Shown here piece after piece: positions 27,348 to 39,294 of a stretch of DNA of 64,000 nucleotides. The number at the start of each line of letters is the position of its first letter. Within the stretch, counting starts at the first letter, position 1. This stretch comes from Dictyostelium discoideum (taxonomy: Eukaryota). The position numbers and the translations under genes were made by a program. Location: contig CM000155.2 of NCBI GenBank assembly GCA_000004695.1, positions 3,328,001-3,392,000 of the forward strand. The letters run 5' to 3'. Below the pieces are notes generated by a model that had not been told where the DNA came from, searched no databases, and was given only the letters and a program-made list of their open reading frames with translations.

Positions 27348-29677
27348 ATGGAACAGGTTGTGGAATTCCTTGAAAATTGTGATTTATATCCAAAATTAGA
27401 AGGTAAGATTTTTTTTTTTTTTTTTTCCACCCAAACTTCCAAAAAAAAATTATTTTTATTATTTTTATTATTTTTATTATTTTATTATTTTTAAAAATAG
27501 AATATTGAATGAAAATTAATTAATTAATTTAAAATAATTAGAAAAAAAAAAAAACTCAAGAAATCCATTATCAGGTATTATTACAATTATTTATTTACCA
27601 TTATTAATATTTTATTTATGGTTTAGTATTAGACCACAATATGGAGCGTTACCAAATTGTTGTGCATGTGCTGCTCATTCAACACCAAAAGAATCATGGA
27701 TATATGAAGCGATTAAACCTGAATGTATGAATTCAACAAGTTGTAGAGAGAATGTACAAAAACAACTAACACTGAATTGTGATGCAACTTTACAATATTT
27801 ACCGATACCTGATGTCAATTTGACGATGAATATAGCCGAGATTGGGTGTCTAGGTTTGAAACCGGGTGATTCATGTAATGAAGAGTGTTTAGCGGTATCA
27901 AATCGATGGATAACCAGTCTGGACTACACCAACCAAGACAACCAATACCAGGCTATAATCCGGTGTCCTTTGCAAATTGGTGTATGTGATTTCAAGGCGG
28001 TGTATAGTAACCAAGAGACTGCGCCACATGCGGTGTGCAGGTACCCCGAGCTGAATGGGTTGTTGATTATTTTAGGCTCAGGTTTGTCACTATTAAATGG
28101 ATTTTTAATAACACTTCGAATTATGTTACGTACATTTTGGAGTAGAATAGGAGCGAATAATACAAAGAATGGTCGTATGGGTGATTATTGGAAGGGGGTG
28201 GTGATAGGTGTGGTGTTCAATTATTTTGGCATACTTTACCTCTCGCTAGCAAAGGATATCTCCAAACGTATGAGATATGGTGGTCAACTATCGATTGGGT
28301 TTCTACTACTCTTTTTCAAAAGCCCCCTTGTCATTTACCTAATGGCGGTGTTCTCGTCGTTTTGGACTCCGATGGGGATACTACTAGGTTTAGGATTTAT
28401 CGCAGTTTCAATTATAATTAGAACAGTATTCAATTTGGTTGTATTGGAAATCAGATCTAGAAATTGTGTTGTACTATCACAAGGTTCTATTGAACAATTT
28501 GGTATAATCGGTGAAGATAGTGAAGAGTCAAAGAACGATAACCCATTAAGATACTACCAACAACCCGACCGAATTAAACCAGTCCCTTACACCACATGGA
28601 AAGATTTCTTTAAAGGTTTCTATATGAACCTTTTCGCAATAATCCTACTTCACGGCTTAAAGAAATCCTATAAACGTTATTCAGGTTTAAAAAATGGTTT
28701 CTACGTTTCAATTGGTTGTTCAACTATGATCATAGTTTGGATTTTACTTTGGTCATTAAACGGTTGGGATTACATAACTTATAATTTCCCATTCCCACTA
28801 TTACCAAATTTAAATAAATCAACCACCACTACCACCACCATCATTCCATCATCATCAACATCATCAACATCACCAACGTCATCACCATCACCATCACCAT
28901 CATTATCATCAACATCATCATCATCATCATCATCAATTGAATATGTTGAATCATTAACAACAAATGAGTTAATGAAAATTGCATTTTTACAATCAATTTA
29001 TTATGTGATATCATGGGCAATTGCAATGATGATGGTATTTCATTTTAGTTTATTTTTAAAATATTTACCAGTGAATCAAGGGGTAAACTTTTTTAGATTT
29101 TTAAAAAAGAAACATGGTACTCGTATGGATTATAGATTTGGATTTATCGTGGGAATTATACCAGTGGTTTTAACAAGTTTCTTCTTTTTTTATTTCTTCT
29201 TTTATCCATATGTTGAAGCACCGTTACCATCGAATCCATCATTATGTTCATTCCCAGCTTGGACTTTAATCATACCATGTCTTGGTTTACTACCATCAAT
29301 GTTAATGTTTATATTCTCACCAAGTGAAAGATTTAGGTCAGGTATTATCTCTGCGATTGGAGTTTCAATACTTTTCTTTGGTATGGGATCAACCCTATTA
29401 TTATTAAATTATTGTTTAGGTCCGAATCAAGATAAATTCAATCCATTAGCTTGGTTAATCACTTTATTTGGTTCTTTTATTATAGTTTTTGGTTCAATTC
29501 GTAGTGATACCATTTTAATTTTAGATAAAAAAAAAGAGAATCCAAGATTCATAGAAGAGGAAAGATTATTATCTTCATCAACTCAAATTAAAAATATAAT
29601 TGAAGATTCAATTGATTATAATGAAATTATAATTAATAATGGTAGTCAAAATTATAAAACAATTAATAATTCAATTT

Positions 29678-29743
<66 letters not shown>

Positions 29744-29829
29744 TAAATATAAATATTAATAATAGTAATAATAATAATATACCCGAAGGTATAGCCAATA
29801 ATAAAAATAATTATAATTTTGATGATTAA
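27348..29829 (+). CDS. Multi-pass membrane protein (about 9-11 predicted TM helices) with a Cys-rich N-terminal ectodomain, a Ser/Thr/Pro loop and an Asn-rich C-terminus. Two exons: 27348..27402 and 27542..29829.
   Basis: Exon 1 is MEQVVEFLENCDLYPKLE, then G plus a GTAAGA donor at 27403. The acceptor is AATTAG at 27541, in the correct phase, giving ...E/KKKNSRNPLSGIITIIYLPLLIFYLWF.... The main ORF is 27727-29829. There are numerous hydrophobic 20-23 aa segments. The segment 27730-28600 is markedly GC-richer than the rest, with codons such as GCG, CCG, CGA and CTG. Confidence 0.7.
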
Positions 29830-30254
29830 ATAAAATGTATTTGGTCATTTTAATTATAAATAATTAATTTTTTTTATTTTTTTTTTTTTCAGTTTTATTA
29901 AAAGAATATTGTATTTTTTAAAATAACATCAATTTTAAATCCATGTTTTTATCTGAACAAATCTCGAATAATTAAATTCCTTCATCTAAAAACTTTACAA
30001 TTCATTTAAAATGAAAAAAAAGTAGGAATATGTTTTTTTTTTTATTTTTATTTTGGTATTTTCCAACCAGGATATTGTCTTTTCAAATAATTGAAAATTT
30101 TTTTTTTTTTTTTTTTATTTTTTTTTTTTTTTTTTTAATTTAAAAAAAATGAAAGTATTAAATTGCGAATCAAAACACAAAAAAAAAAAAAAAATAAAAA
30201 ACAATAAAAAAATATAATAATAACAATAATATAAATAATAACAAATGATTTAAA

Positions 30255-30462
30255 ATGTTGTCTGCTTTTAAAAAAAATCTATTAAAACCATCTTCACAAA
30301 CATATATTAAATATAATATCAACAATATTAGTTTAATAAAAAAAAAAATCACTCCGAAAATTAATAAAGATAAAAATGAAAATTATAATAATAATAATAA
30401 TAATAATGTTTTATCATGTACAACTATAAATTCTTCATTAACTACTTCTTTAATAAATAATA

Positions 30463-30493
<31 letters not shown>

Positions 30494-30561
30494 TTGTTTT
30501 ATTAATGGAGGACAAAGACATTTCGGATCATGGGGTTTTAGAGTAATGTATATACATATAT

Positions 30562-30606
<45 letters not shown>

Positions 30607-31182
30607 CATAATAATAATTATTAATTAATATATATTATAAAAATAAAATAAAATAATGATAATAATAAAGTTTTTAATGGGTTTTTCAATTGTTGGTATA
30701 ATGTATTTTGCAAGAAGATGGCAACCAAGACAAATTCAAAGGATTATACAAATGTTTAAGAATGGATCAGATGATATGGATATTTTATCATTGACATCAA
30801 AAGATCAAACATTTCATTCAAACATTTCATTCAATCGTGAAAAAGAAGTTAATTATTTAAATTCATTTCTATCATCACCACCATTAGGACCAATTGTAAT
30901 AGTTGGGCCTGAAGGTTGTGGTAAATCACATATAGTTAGAAGAGTATTATCATCACGTCAAATGTCAATTCTAGTTGATATGAGAAAGAATGCAGTTATG
31001 ACTGGTGATGAATTATTATTATCATTTTTAGGTAGATTAGGTTATTTATTACCATCAAGTGATCCAATTTCATCTTTATTTTTAAAAGCTGAAAAAAAAC
31101 AAAGTAAAATTTTAATCAAATTAGAGTGTTTATTAATTATTATTATTGAGTAGATTATATTAATATAAATTATTATTTGTTT

Positions 31183-31214
<32 letters not shown>

Positions 31215-32920
31215 GAACTTAATGTTCAAGAAATTGTTCAGGGTTTAGATACAGTTTTTCAAGCATTAATTAAAATTAAAGAAACATTTAATATTACACC
31301 ATTAATTACAATTTCAAATATTGAAGCATTACCAACATCTGAAAATTTTACAAGATTTTTGGATTGGTGTTTATCTGTAACTGATAATAAATTAGCAAAT
31401 ATTGTATTTTTAACATCTTCACAATTTGTTCATTTCCATTTAGATTCAAGTATGTATATATATATATATAATTAATTAAAAATAATAAATATAAATTTAT
31501 ATATATTAATATATTCTTTTTGAAAAAAAAAAAAGATCAAAATTTTAAAAAAAGAAGATTTGTATATAATATAAATTTTCCAACAAAATCAGAAGTTAGA
31601 AAATATTTACATTTAGTATTTAGTGATGAATCATCACATACTAGAATGGCAGATCATCCAAATAATGAAAAAAGATTAAATAATGAATTAATGGCTCAAA
31701 ATAGGAATAGTAATAATTTAATTATATTACCATCATCAATGATGAATTATGGAATTGGTGGTGTTGGAGGTGGAATTGGTGATGGTATTGGAATTGGTGG
31801 TGGTGGAATTGTTAGTGTAAATGGTAATTATTGTTTAACGAATGAAGAGATTGAAAGTATGATATCAATATTTGGTGGTCAAATGAGAGATATTGATTTA
31901 ATATCGGGATTGGTAAAGAGGGGTGAAAACTTTCATTATTTGGTTGACCTATTCATATCAGAATCAATTCAAAAGATTGCATCATTAGTAGACTCAATGT
32001 ATCAGAAAGCAAATGCATCAGATAATGATACTGCAAAAACTCAAATCTTTGAAAAATATCAACGATTTTGGAGAATGTTAGAAATCTTATCCGAACAACA
32101 TATAGTACGTGCAAATGATTTAATTCAAGAGGTTTTCGATGAACAACCTGAAGAAATGGATTCTTACTTTCAAGATAATATAATTTATTTCTTGGTTGGT
32201 ACAATCATTGAACAACAAGCAATAGCAAGAGATGGTAGTGGTAGTATTAGTGGTAACCAAAAACAAATTAAAAAGTCACAAAAAAAAGAAGATCAACAAC
32301 AATCACAAAAACAACAAAAACAACAACAACAACAACAACAACAACTACAACAACAACAACAACAACAACAACCAATTGATTTAATACCATCACCATCAAT
32401 TGAATTGGTTAAAGTTGAAGGTGACGATTGCTTTGTTGATTTAAATAATAATCATATCGTTGATAATTCAGTACCAATTGTTGATGAACGTACAGTTGTT
32501 GATGATTCAGATTTAGGTGATTTAGTTGTAGCGGCTACTCAAATTCCAAATAGTACATTCTATAATTTGGTTTGTTTTTCATCACCACGTATTCTCTATG
32601 CAGTTCAATTATTAATCATGGATAATCGTTTAAAACTTCAACGTGATGCAATTGAAAAGTACTTTAAAAAGAAAGATTTAAAAGATGATAAAAAGGAATT
32701 AGAAGAAGAGAAATCAATTAAACAAATTGAATTTGAAAAAATCACAACTAGATTAGATTCATTAGTTGCAAACTCAAAAGAATGGGTAAAATTCATTGGT
32801 GATGATGATTTTGTTAAAAGAACAGATTATTTAATTAAAAAAGAAACTGAATTATTAAATCAAATTGAACAATTAAATGAAAAAATCTTTAAACTAGAAG
32901 TTGAATTAGATAATTTATAA
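30255..32920 (+). CDS. Putative mitochondrial P-loop NTPase with a C-terminal coiled coil. Proposed exons: 30255..30542, 30671..31103, 31216..31449 and 31536..32920.
   Basis: Walker A motif GPEGCGKS lies in VIVGPEGCGKSHIVRRVL. Introns 2 and 3 are well supported. The first is A / GTAAAAT ... TTTAG / AA, giving ...EKKQK/LNVQEIVQGLD.... The second is A / GTATGT ... AAAAG / AT. The C-terminal exon (466 codons) ends with a heptad-like EEEKSIKQIEFEKITTRLDSL...LEVELDNL. Exon 1 is optional: an in-phase GTAATG donor/AAAG acceptor pair would splice it to the FLMGFSIVGIMYF TM helix. That exon (MLSAFKKNLLKPSSQTYIKYNINN...) is basic and hydroxylated, with no acidic residues, and so resembles a mitochondrial presequence. 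The alternative start is ATG 30656. The architecture is reminiscent of the YME2/RNA12 family (loose inference). Confidence 0.55.
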
Positions 32921-33017
32921 ATAATAAATAATTAAAATAAATAAATAATTAATTAATTTTATTTTTTTATTTCTTTTTTTTTTTTTTTATTTTTTATTTA
33001 TTTTTTTTTTTTTTTTT

Positions 33018-34088
33018 TTATGAATGAACTGTTAAATTTAAAGTTGAAGCTTTTCTTTTTAAATTTAAATTTTCTTGTAATTCTTTTTGATTTTTAATTT
33101 TTTTTGCTTTACAAATACATCTAAAACATAAAATTAAACGAATTGATTTTATAATCATAACTCTAATTGATAATACATAGAAACTAACGTATAATTCATT
33201 ATTTGACATTGAATTATTTCTAAAAACACAACCATTAACTTTATAATGTTGTGGAAAAAATAAAAATTGTTTATATTGAGTAATTATTGATATTACTAAA
33301 AAGAATTCCATTAAATAATATAAAATTTCAAATATTAATGATTTCTTATTTTTAAAATAAAATACTGGTAATAAGAAAATTGAATCTATAAATATTAAAA
33401 TCGAATAAACTAATCCTGCACATAAAAATGATACTGTTTTTTCCCTTTGTTCATTATTATAATCACTTTCCAATTCTTTATTATAATCAATATTTATATA
33501 TGGTGTTGTTACATAAATATTTTTACTACAAATTTCATAACCTTTTTTTTTTAGGAAAAAAAAAAAAAAAAAAAGAATAAAAAATAAAAAATAAAAAATA
33601 AAAATAAATAAAAGGTTACTATAAATATATATTATATATTATAATGTTATTAATTTTTGTTTATATTTACCTAATTCATCCTTATATGAAACTTTAAACC
33701 AAGGGACTTAAAAAAAAAAAAAAATTAATTATTTGAAATAAATAAATAAAAATATTAATATGTAAAAAATAAAATAATAATATTTTAAAATAAAATATTT
33801 ACAACCCAAAATAATTGCACCAAGTATTATACTTGGAACTAAAAGGAAAAAAAAGTCACAACAACTTCCTTTATTTAATGTTCTTAATTGTTTATTATAT
33901 TCTCTATCAATTTCAGATTGTGATTTTAATTTTTCATCATTATTATTATTTTCAATGTCATCATTGTGATTGTTATTAATAGTTAATAAATTTCCATCAT
34001 CTGTAATCACTCCTGAATTTAATATTGTTCTTGTATTATTTTCAATTTCAAATTGTAATTGTTGTAATTGAATTAATTGTGATCCCAT
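33018..34088 (-). CDS. Small 4-TM membrane protein, paralogue A. Three exons: about 34088..33802, about 33706..33671 and about 33531..33018.
   Basis: Exon 1 is MGSQLIQLQQ...N-rich...VPSIILGAIILG, then T plus a GTAAAT donor. A 36-nt mini-exon encodes FPWFKVSYKDEL. The final exon is GYEICSKNIYVTTPYINIDYNKELESDYNNEQREKTVSFLCAGLVYSILIF... with three more TM helices. It is paralogous throughout to the 34954-36014 gene. My base indexing in this stretch showed a 1-nt discrepancy against the ORF-track frame, so boundaries are about +/-2. Confidence 0.5.
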
Positions 34089-34309
34089 TTTTTTTTACTA
34101 AAAAATTTTTTTTTGGAATTATTACTTGTATATTTTTAAAAAAAAAAAAAAAAAAATTATACTAATTCCTATTTTATGGAATTTTTATTACTATAATTAT
34201 TATTATTATTATTTACACAAAAATACTAAAATTATGAATTTTTAAGTACAATAATTCAAAAATAATAATAATAATATTATTATTAAAAATAAAAATAAAA
34301 ATAAAAATA

Positions 34310-34640
34310 AAAATATTAAAAATAAATGAATAAAAAAAGCTCACATATAAATTCAAACATCACACTACATAAATTCAATTATTTAAAAAAAAAAAAAAAA
34401 GCAGATTTGTACATATTTTTTAATGTTGGGTTTATATGATAAAGGGGTGGATATATAAAAAAAAAATAATAAAAAAAAAAAATAAAAAAAATAATATTAA
34501 ATAAAAAAAATAAAAAAGCACATATTTCAAACATCACCACTACATTATTCCTATTATTAAAAAAAAGAGATTGTGCACAACTTTATTTTTTTTTGAATTA
34601 ATATGTGAAGGGGGGGGGGGGGTAAAGATTTACTTTTAAA
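34310..34640. repeat. Two tandem, degenerate copies of about 150 bp in the promoter region of gene 33018-34088. Each copy ends in a G-run (aaaggggtgg; G16 at 34609-34624).
   Basis: aaaaagc(t)cacatat..tcaaacatcac(a/c)actacat.a..ttc..atta..aaaaaaaa..gcagatttgtacatatttt...ttaatgttggg occurs twice. The second time it reads ...gagattgtgcacaactttat...ttaatatgtgaagggggggggggggggt. Similar G-runs lie upstream of two other minus-strand genes (17743-17749 and 25381-25392). Confidence 0.5.
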
Positions 34641-34869
34641 TTTAAAAATAGTAACAAAAAAAAAAAAAAAAAAAATTTCTATCCAAATTTAGCAATCAAA
34701 TGTTTTGTTTTGTTTTTTTTTTATTTAATATTTTTAACTACCATTTTCAATTTATGAAGTTTTTTTTAATTATTTAATAATAATTTATTCCCAAAATTTT
34801 TTATGATATATTTAAAAATAAAAATCGAATTAGATTTATTGTTTAAAAAATAAAATAAAATTAAGTTTA

Positions 34870-34924
<55 letters not shown>

Positions 34925-34953
34925 GGTTAATAATTAATTGATTAATTAATAAT

Positions 34954-36013
34954 TTAATGTTCACTAAGATTTGATAAATCTTGACATGAAGTTGCAGCAA
35001 AGTTTAATGGACCTGTTGATTCATATAATCGGTGGGGTTGTTTTTTTTTCAATAAAAAATTTGATTTATAAATATAATAAAAACTAACTAAAATTCTAAT
35101 TAATTTTAATGCAGCTAATCTTGAAATTGCAAAAAAGAAAGCTGGACCTAAAAAATTTTCAAATGATGTTCTTCCAGTACATCCAGTTACTGCAAAACTA
35201 AATGGAATTAAATAATAACTTTTAAAAGTTGATAAAATTACAATCAATAATGACCAATCTAAACAATAATAAATTAATTCTGGTATCATTGAATAATATG
35301 ATTTAAACAATACCACTGGAATTACCATTAATACATCTAAAAATAATAAAATACTACTAACTAATGATACTGTTAAAACCTTATACCCTTTTTGATATTC
35401 TTCCCAATAAATTTGGTCAGTTTTTTGTAATGGTGGTTTTTCATCTCCCAAATGAATATCTTTTTCACAAACTTGATTTCCTTTTGAATCATAAAATGAT
35501 GTTTTAAACCATGGTACTTTTTTTTTAAAAAATAAAATAAAATAAAATAAAATAAAATAAAATAAAATAAAATAAATTAATATTTTATATATATTTTTTT
35601 TTTTGGCAAATAAAAAAAAAAAAAAAGAATAAAATACTTACAACCTAACATCATACCACCAAAGAAAATACTAATCATGACATAGAAAATAAAAACAAAA
35701 ATAAAATAATTATTTCTTAATTTTTTTAATTCTAAATCATAGTGAAAATTTGTTGAATTCATTTTTTTAGGATCTTCAATACAATCTCTTCCTTTTTGAT
35801 TTTTATCAAAATAATTTTTATTATTTTTATTATTTTCATTATTGTTATTACAAATCGTTATTTGATCGTCAATTATATTATTTGCACCATTCATTGATTC
35901 AATTTCTTTAACATGACAATTTTTATTATTAATATTATTATTATTATTATTATTGTTACAATTATTATTATTGTCTGAAACTTCATAGGAAATTTCTTGC
36001 ATTGAAATATTCA

Positions 36014-36014
<1 letters not shown>
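34954..36014 (-). CDS. Small 4-TM membrane protein, paralogue B. Two exons: 36014..35642 and 35516..34954.
   Basis: Exon 1 is MNISMQEISYEVSDNNNN...FIFVFIFYVMISIFFGGMMLG, then T plus a GTAAGTATTTTATTC donor. The acceptor is ...AAAAAAAG / TA CCA TGG..., giving /LPWFKTSFYDSKGNQVCEKDIHLGDEKPPLQKTDQIYWEEYQKGYKVLTVSLVSSILLF.... The apparent shared CKYFIL peptide in the ORF track is really the conserved donor-site sequence read as protein. Confidence 0.5.
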
Positions 36015-36044
<30 letters not shown>

Positions 36045-36715
36045 TTAAAATAAATAAAATATATAAAATGATGAGAAAGTGTATAAATAAATATGATTTT
36101 GTTATAAATAAAAATAATTTAATTAAATTTAAAAAAAAAATAAAAAATAAAAAAAAAAAATAAAAATTGATGGGTTTTTTAATAAATGTGTGAATTGTAT
36201 AAATAAAAATAAATAAAAATATTTACAAAACAATAAATAAAAAAATAAATAAATAAATAAAATAAATAAAAAAAATAAATAAAAATAAATAGATAGATTT
36301 ATTAATTAAATTATTAAATGAACTTTTTTTTGAAATCAAATAAAAATAAAATTAAATAATTAAAATTAAAAATTTAAAATATTTGATTAAATTTAATAAT
36401 GATCTAAATTAAAATATTGGTAGTTTTACAAATAAAAAAAAAAATAATAACTAAAATAAAATAAAATGAGATGTGATGTTATTTTTTTTTTTTTAAAATT
36501 TTAAAATAAAAAAAAAAATAAAAATAAAAATTAATAAAAAAAAAAACAATAAAAAAAAAAATAACATTAATTTTTTGAATGAAGATGATTATAATAAATC
36601 GATTGATAAAATTAAATATTAAATGTGTTGAAAAAAAAAAAAAGCTGAAACATACAATGTATCTTTTTATTTTTGTTTTTTTTTTTTTTAAACAATTTTT
36701 TTTTTTTTTTTTTTT

Positions 36716-36815
36716 NNNNNNNNNNNNNNNNNNNNNNNNNNNNNNNNNNNNNNNNNNNNNNNNNNNNNNNNNNNNNNNNNNNNNNNNNNNNNNNNNNNNN
36801 NNNNNNNNNNNNNNN
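36716..36815. other. Assembly gap (100 N)
   Basis: Run of n. Confidence 0.99.
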
Positions 36816-37379
36816 TTTTGGGTGCGAGGGGTGTTGTTGTGTTTTGTTGGTAGGGGGGGTGGTGGGGGTAGTGAGAGGGAGGAGGTGGGGAGAGTGTGGG
36901 GGTGTGGGGTGTATTTTGAGGAGGGGAGGGGAGGTGGGAAAGGTGAGGTTGTTGTGTGGTTGATATGGGTGGGTGGGGTGGGGGGTGGGTGTTGGGAAAG
37001 GTGGTAAGAAAGAGGAATAGTAAGGGGGGATGGAAGGGGTGGGGGGGTTTGGTGGAAGAAGGGGGGGGGAGAGGAATTTTTGGGGTATTTGGATTTAAAA
37101 GAAAGGGGGGGTATGAGTGTATTTTGCGCCAAAGGGGGGGATTTTTGGGGGGGGGGTTATTTCCCCTTTCCCCTTTTAACCCCCTTTTAATTTGGGAAAA
37201 AAAAAAAAAAAAAAAAAAATTTTTTTTGGGGGGTTTTGGGGGAAAAAATTTTAAAATTTTTTTTTAAAAAGGGTTTTTTTAAATTTTTTTTTAAAAAAAA
37301 AGGAAAAAAAAAAAAAAAAAAAAAGGATTTTTTTTTTTGGGGTTTTTGGCAATCCTTAAAAAAATTCCTTTATTTAATA

Positions 37380-37420
<41 letters not shown>

Positions 37421-37460
37421 CAGAACCCGCAACACAAACTTTTTTTTTTTTTACAATTAA
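36816..37460. other. Anomalous G-rich / homopolymer-ridden sequence flanking the gap. It is most likely low-quality contig-end sequence. It loosely resembles irregular A(G)n telomere-type repeats.
   Basis: ggggtgttgttgtgttttgttggtagggggggtggtgggggtagtgagagggaggaggtgggg... is followed by alternating long a, t and g homopolymers (ggggggggggttatttcccctttcccctttt). This is completely unlike flanking genomic composition. ORFs with X runs cross it. Confidence 0.5.
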
Positions 37461-37502
<42 letters not shown>

Positions 37503-37827
37503 TTTTATTTTTTTTTTATTTTTATTTTTATTTTTATTTTTTTTTTTTGTACATGTTCTACCCACTACCACTCAAAACAAAACCCACATTAAAATAAAAA
37601 TAGAAATTAAAAAAATCATTTCGTTCACATTGATCTTGTTATCATTTCATCCTCTATAATTTTTTTTTTTTTTTTTTTTTCTTTTTTTTTTTTTTTGTAA
37701 ATATATCTAAAAACCAAAGACAAATTCAAATAAAATCATCTCAATTCACCCAATCTAAAAATAAACTTTTTTTACAAAATAAAAAAATAAAAAATAAAAA
37801 TAAAAATAAAAATAAAAAAATAAATAA

Positions 37828-38079
37828 ATGTCAAACAAAAGAAAACAAGAAGAAGAAGAAGAAGAGGAAGGATATGAATATGAAGAATATGAACATGAAC
37901 GGGAGGAAGAGGAAGAAGAAGATGAAATTAAAGATAATTCAAAACATAAAAATGGTAATAAACCAACTAAAACAACAACTACAACTACAACTACAACTAC
38001 CACCACCACAATACCAAATTCAAAAAATAAAACAACTTCTACTCCAACTATAACAACAAGTCCAAAATTAAAAGGAAAA

Positions 38080-38117
<38 letters not shown>

Positions 38118-39131
38118 TAATAATAAAAATGAAAATGAAAATGAAAATAAAATTGAAAAAGATAAACATTTAACAATTCATGAAGAACGTCAAAAAAAGA
38201 GAGAAGCATGTAATAGATTCATTAAAAATCCAGAACCATTATTAAAATTAATTAAAACTATTATATTTGAGTATCAAATTAAATCAGAGATTTCATTCAC
38301 TCAATTAAAAGAGGTATGGAAACAATTTGGATCTGAAACTTTTAAAATATTTTTTGAAGCTCAAACTATAAATCATGAAGTGATTCATATACTTTATTAT
38401 GGTGTTTTAGGTTATACACTTTTAGATCAACCTATTAATGGTAAAGCTTGTATCATATTCTTACTTTATATTTTATATAATTCACAAATTTGTTCACCAA
38501 AACAACAAATTGTTTTAACAATTAGTATGTAATAATTAAAATATATATATTTTATATTTTTATATATATTTATATATATATACATATACTAAATATTTTT
38601 TTTTTTTTTTTTTTTTTTTTTTAGATATGTGGGAAAAGTTATTAGGATATTTCAATGAATTTAAAGAACAAGAAATTGTTGAAGCATATCAAGCATTTAG
38701 ATCATTAAGAACATCTGGTGCATTTGTATTTTCAGCTACACTTCATCCAGTTTCAACAATGAATATATTTAAAACCAATAGTATTGCATTGAAATCATCA
38801 GTAATTCCACCAGATTTAGTTGGTCAAGATACAACAAAATCTTTAAAAGAATTGTCAGAATTAGAAAGAATTCATAATGCTTATAACTCTGCTAAAATGG
38901 GTGAAAATGTAAATTATTATTAATATTATTATTATTATTATTATTTTATTTTTTTCATTAAACTAATTATTTTTTATTTTTTATTTTTTTTTTATATTGC
39001 AGGGAGTTATACCTTCATCATTAAATATTATAAATTCAAATTTTTCAAATGAAACAAAAGAATATACAGAACAAAATACTTATGTCAAATTCACAAAATT
39101 ATGGGAATCAAAAACGCCTGGTATGCCTTAG
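37828..39131 (+). CDS. snRNA-activating protein complex subunit 1 (SNAPC1/SNAP43) homologue. Three exons: 37828..38524, 38625..38908 and 39003..39131.
   Basis: ISFTQLKEVWKQFGSETFKIF...ACIIFLLYILYNSQICSPKQQIVLTIN/MWEKLLGYFNEFKEQEIVEAYQAFRSL aligns with human SNAPC1. Human FEDFTELWRNMKFGTIF matches the start. Human RVGALYLLYGLYNTQLCQPKQKIRVALKDWDEVLKF matches the middle. Human LVNAQHFDAAYIFRKL matches the end. Intron 1 is A / GTATGT...TTTTAG / AT, phase 1, and restores the N/MWEK junction. Intron 2 is AAT / GTAAAT...ATTGCAG / GGA. The N-terminus is acidic (E-run) plus a poly-Thr/Asn Dictyostelium-type extension. Confidence 0.75.
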
Positions 39132-39294
39132 AGTGCAACATATAATAAGAAAGATTTCTTTTTTTTTATTTTTTTTATTTTTATTTTTTTTTTTATTTCA
39201 ATCTTTTTTTTTTTTTTTTATTTATTTATTTTTAACACAAAATCAATCAATTTATTTTATTTTTATTTTTATTTTTATTTTTATTTTTATTTTT

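Noticed and set aside
35520-35580. Regularly spaced short repeats (aaataaaat x 8) and other tandem arrays considered as CRISPR-like.
   Set aside because: Eukaryotic AT microsatellite. No spacers, no cas genes, and intron-containing genes on both sides.
36479-37267. Pro- or Gly-rich ORFs containing X runs across the gap at 36716-36815. ORFs with X runs also occur at 40427-40666 and 55917-56141.
   Set aside because: They span N gaps and the artefactual G/C-rich contig-end sequence.
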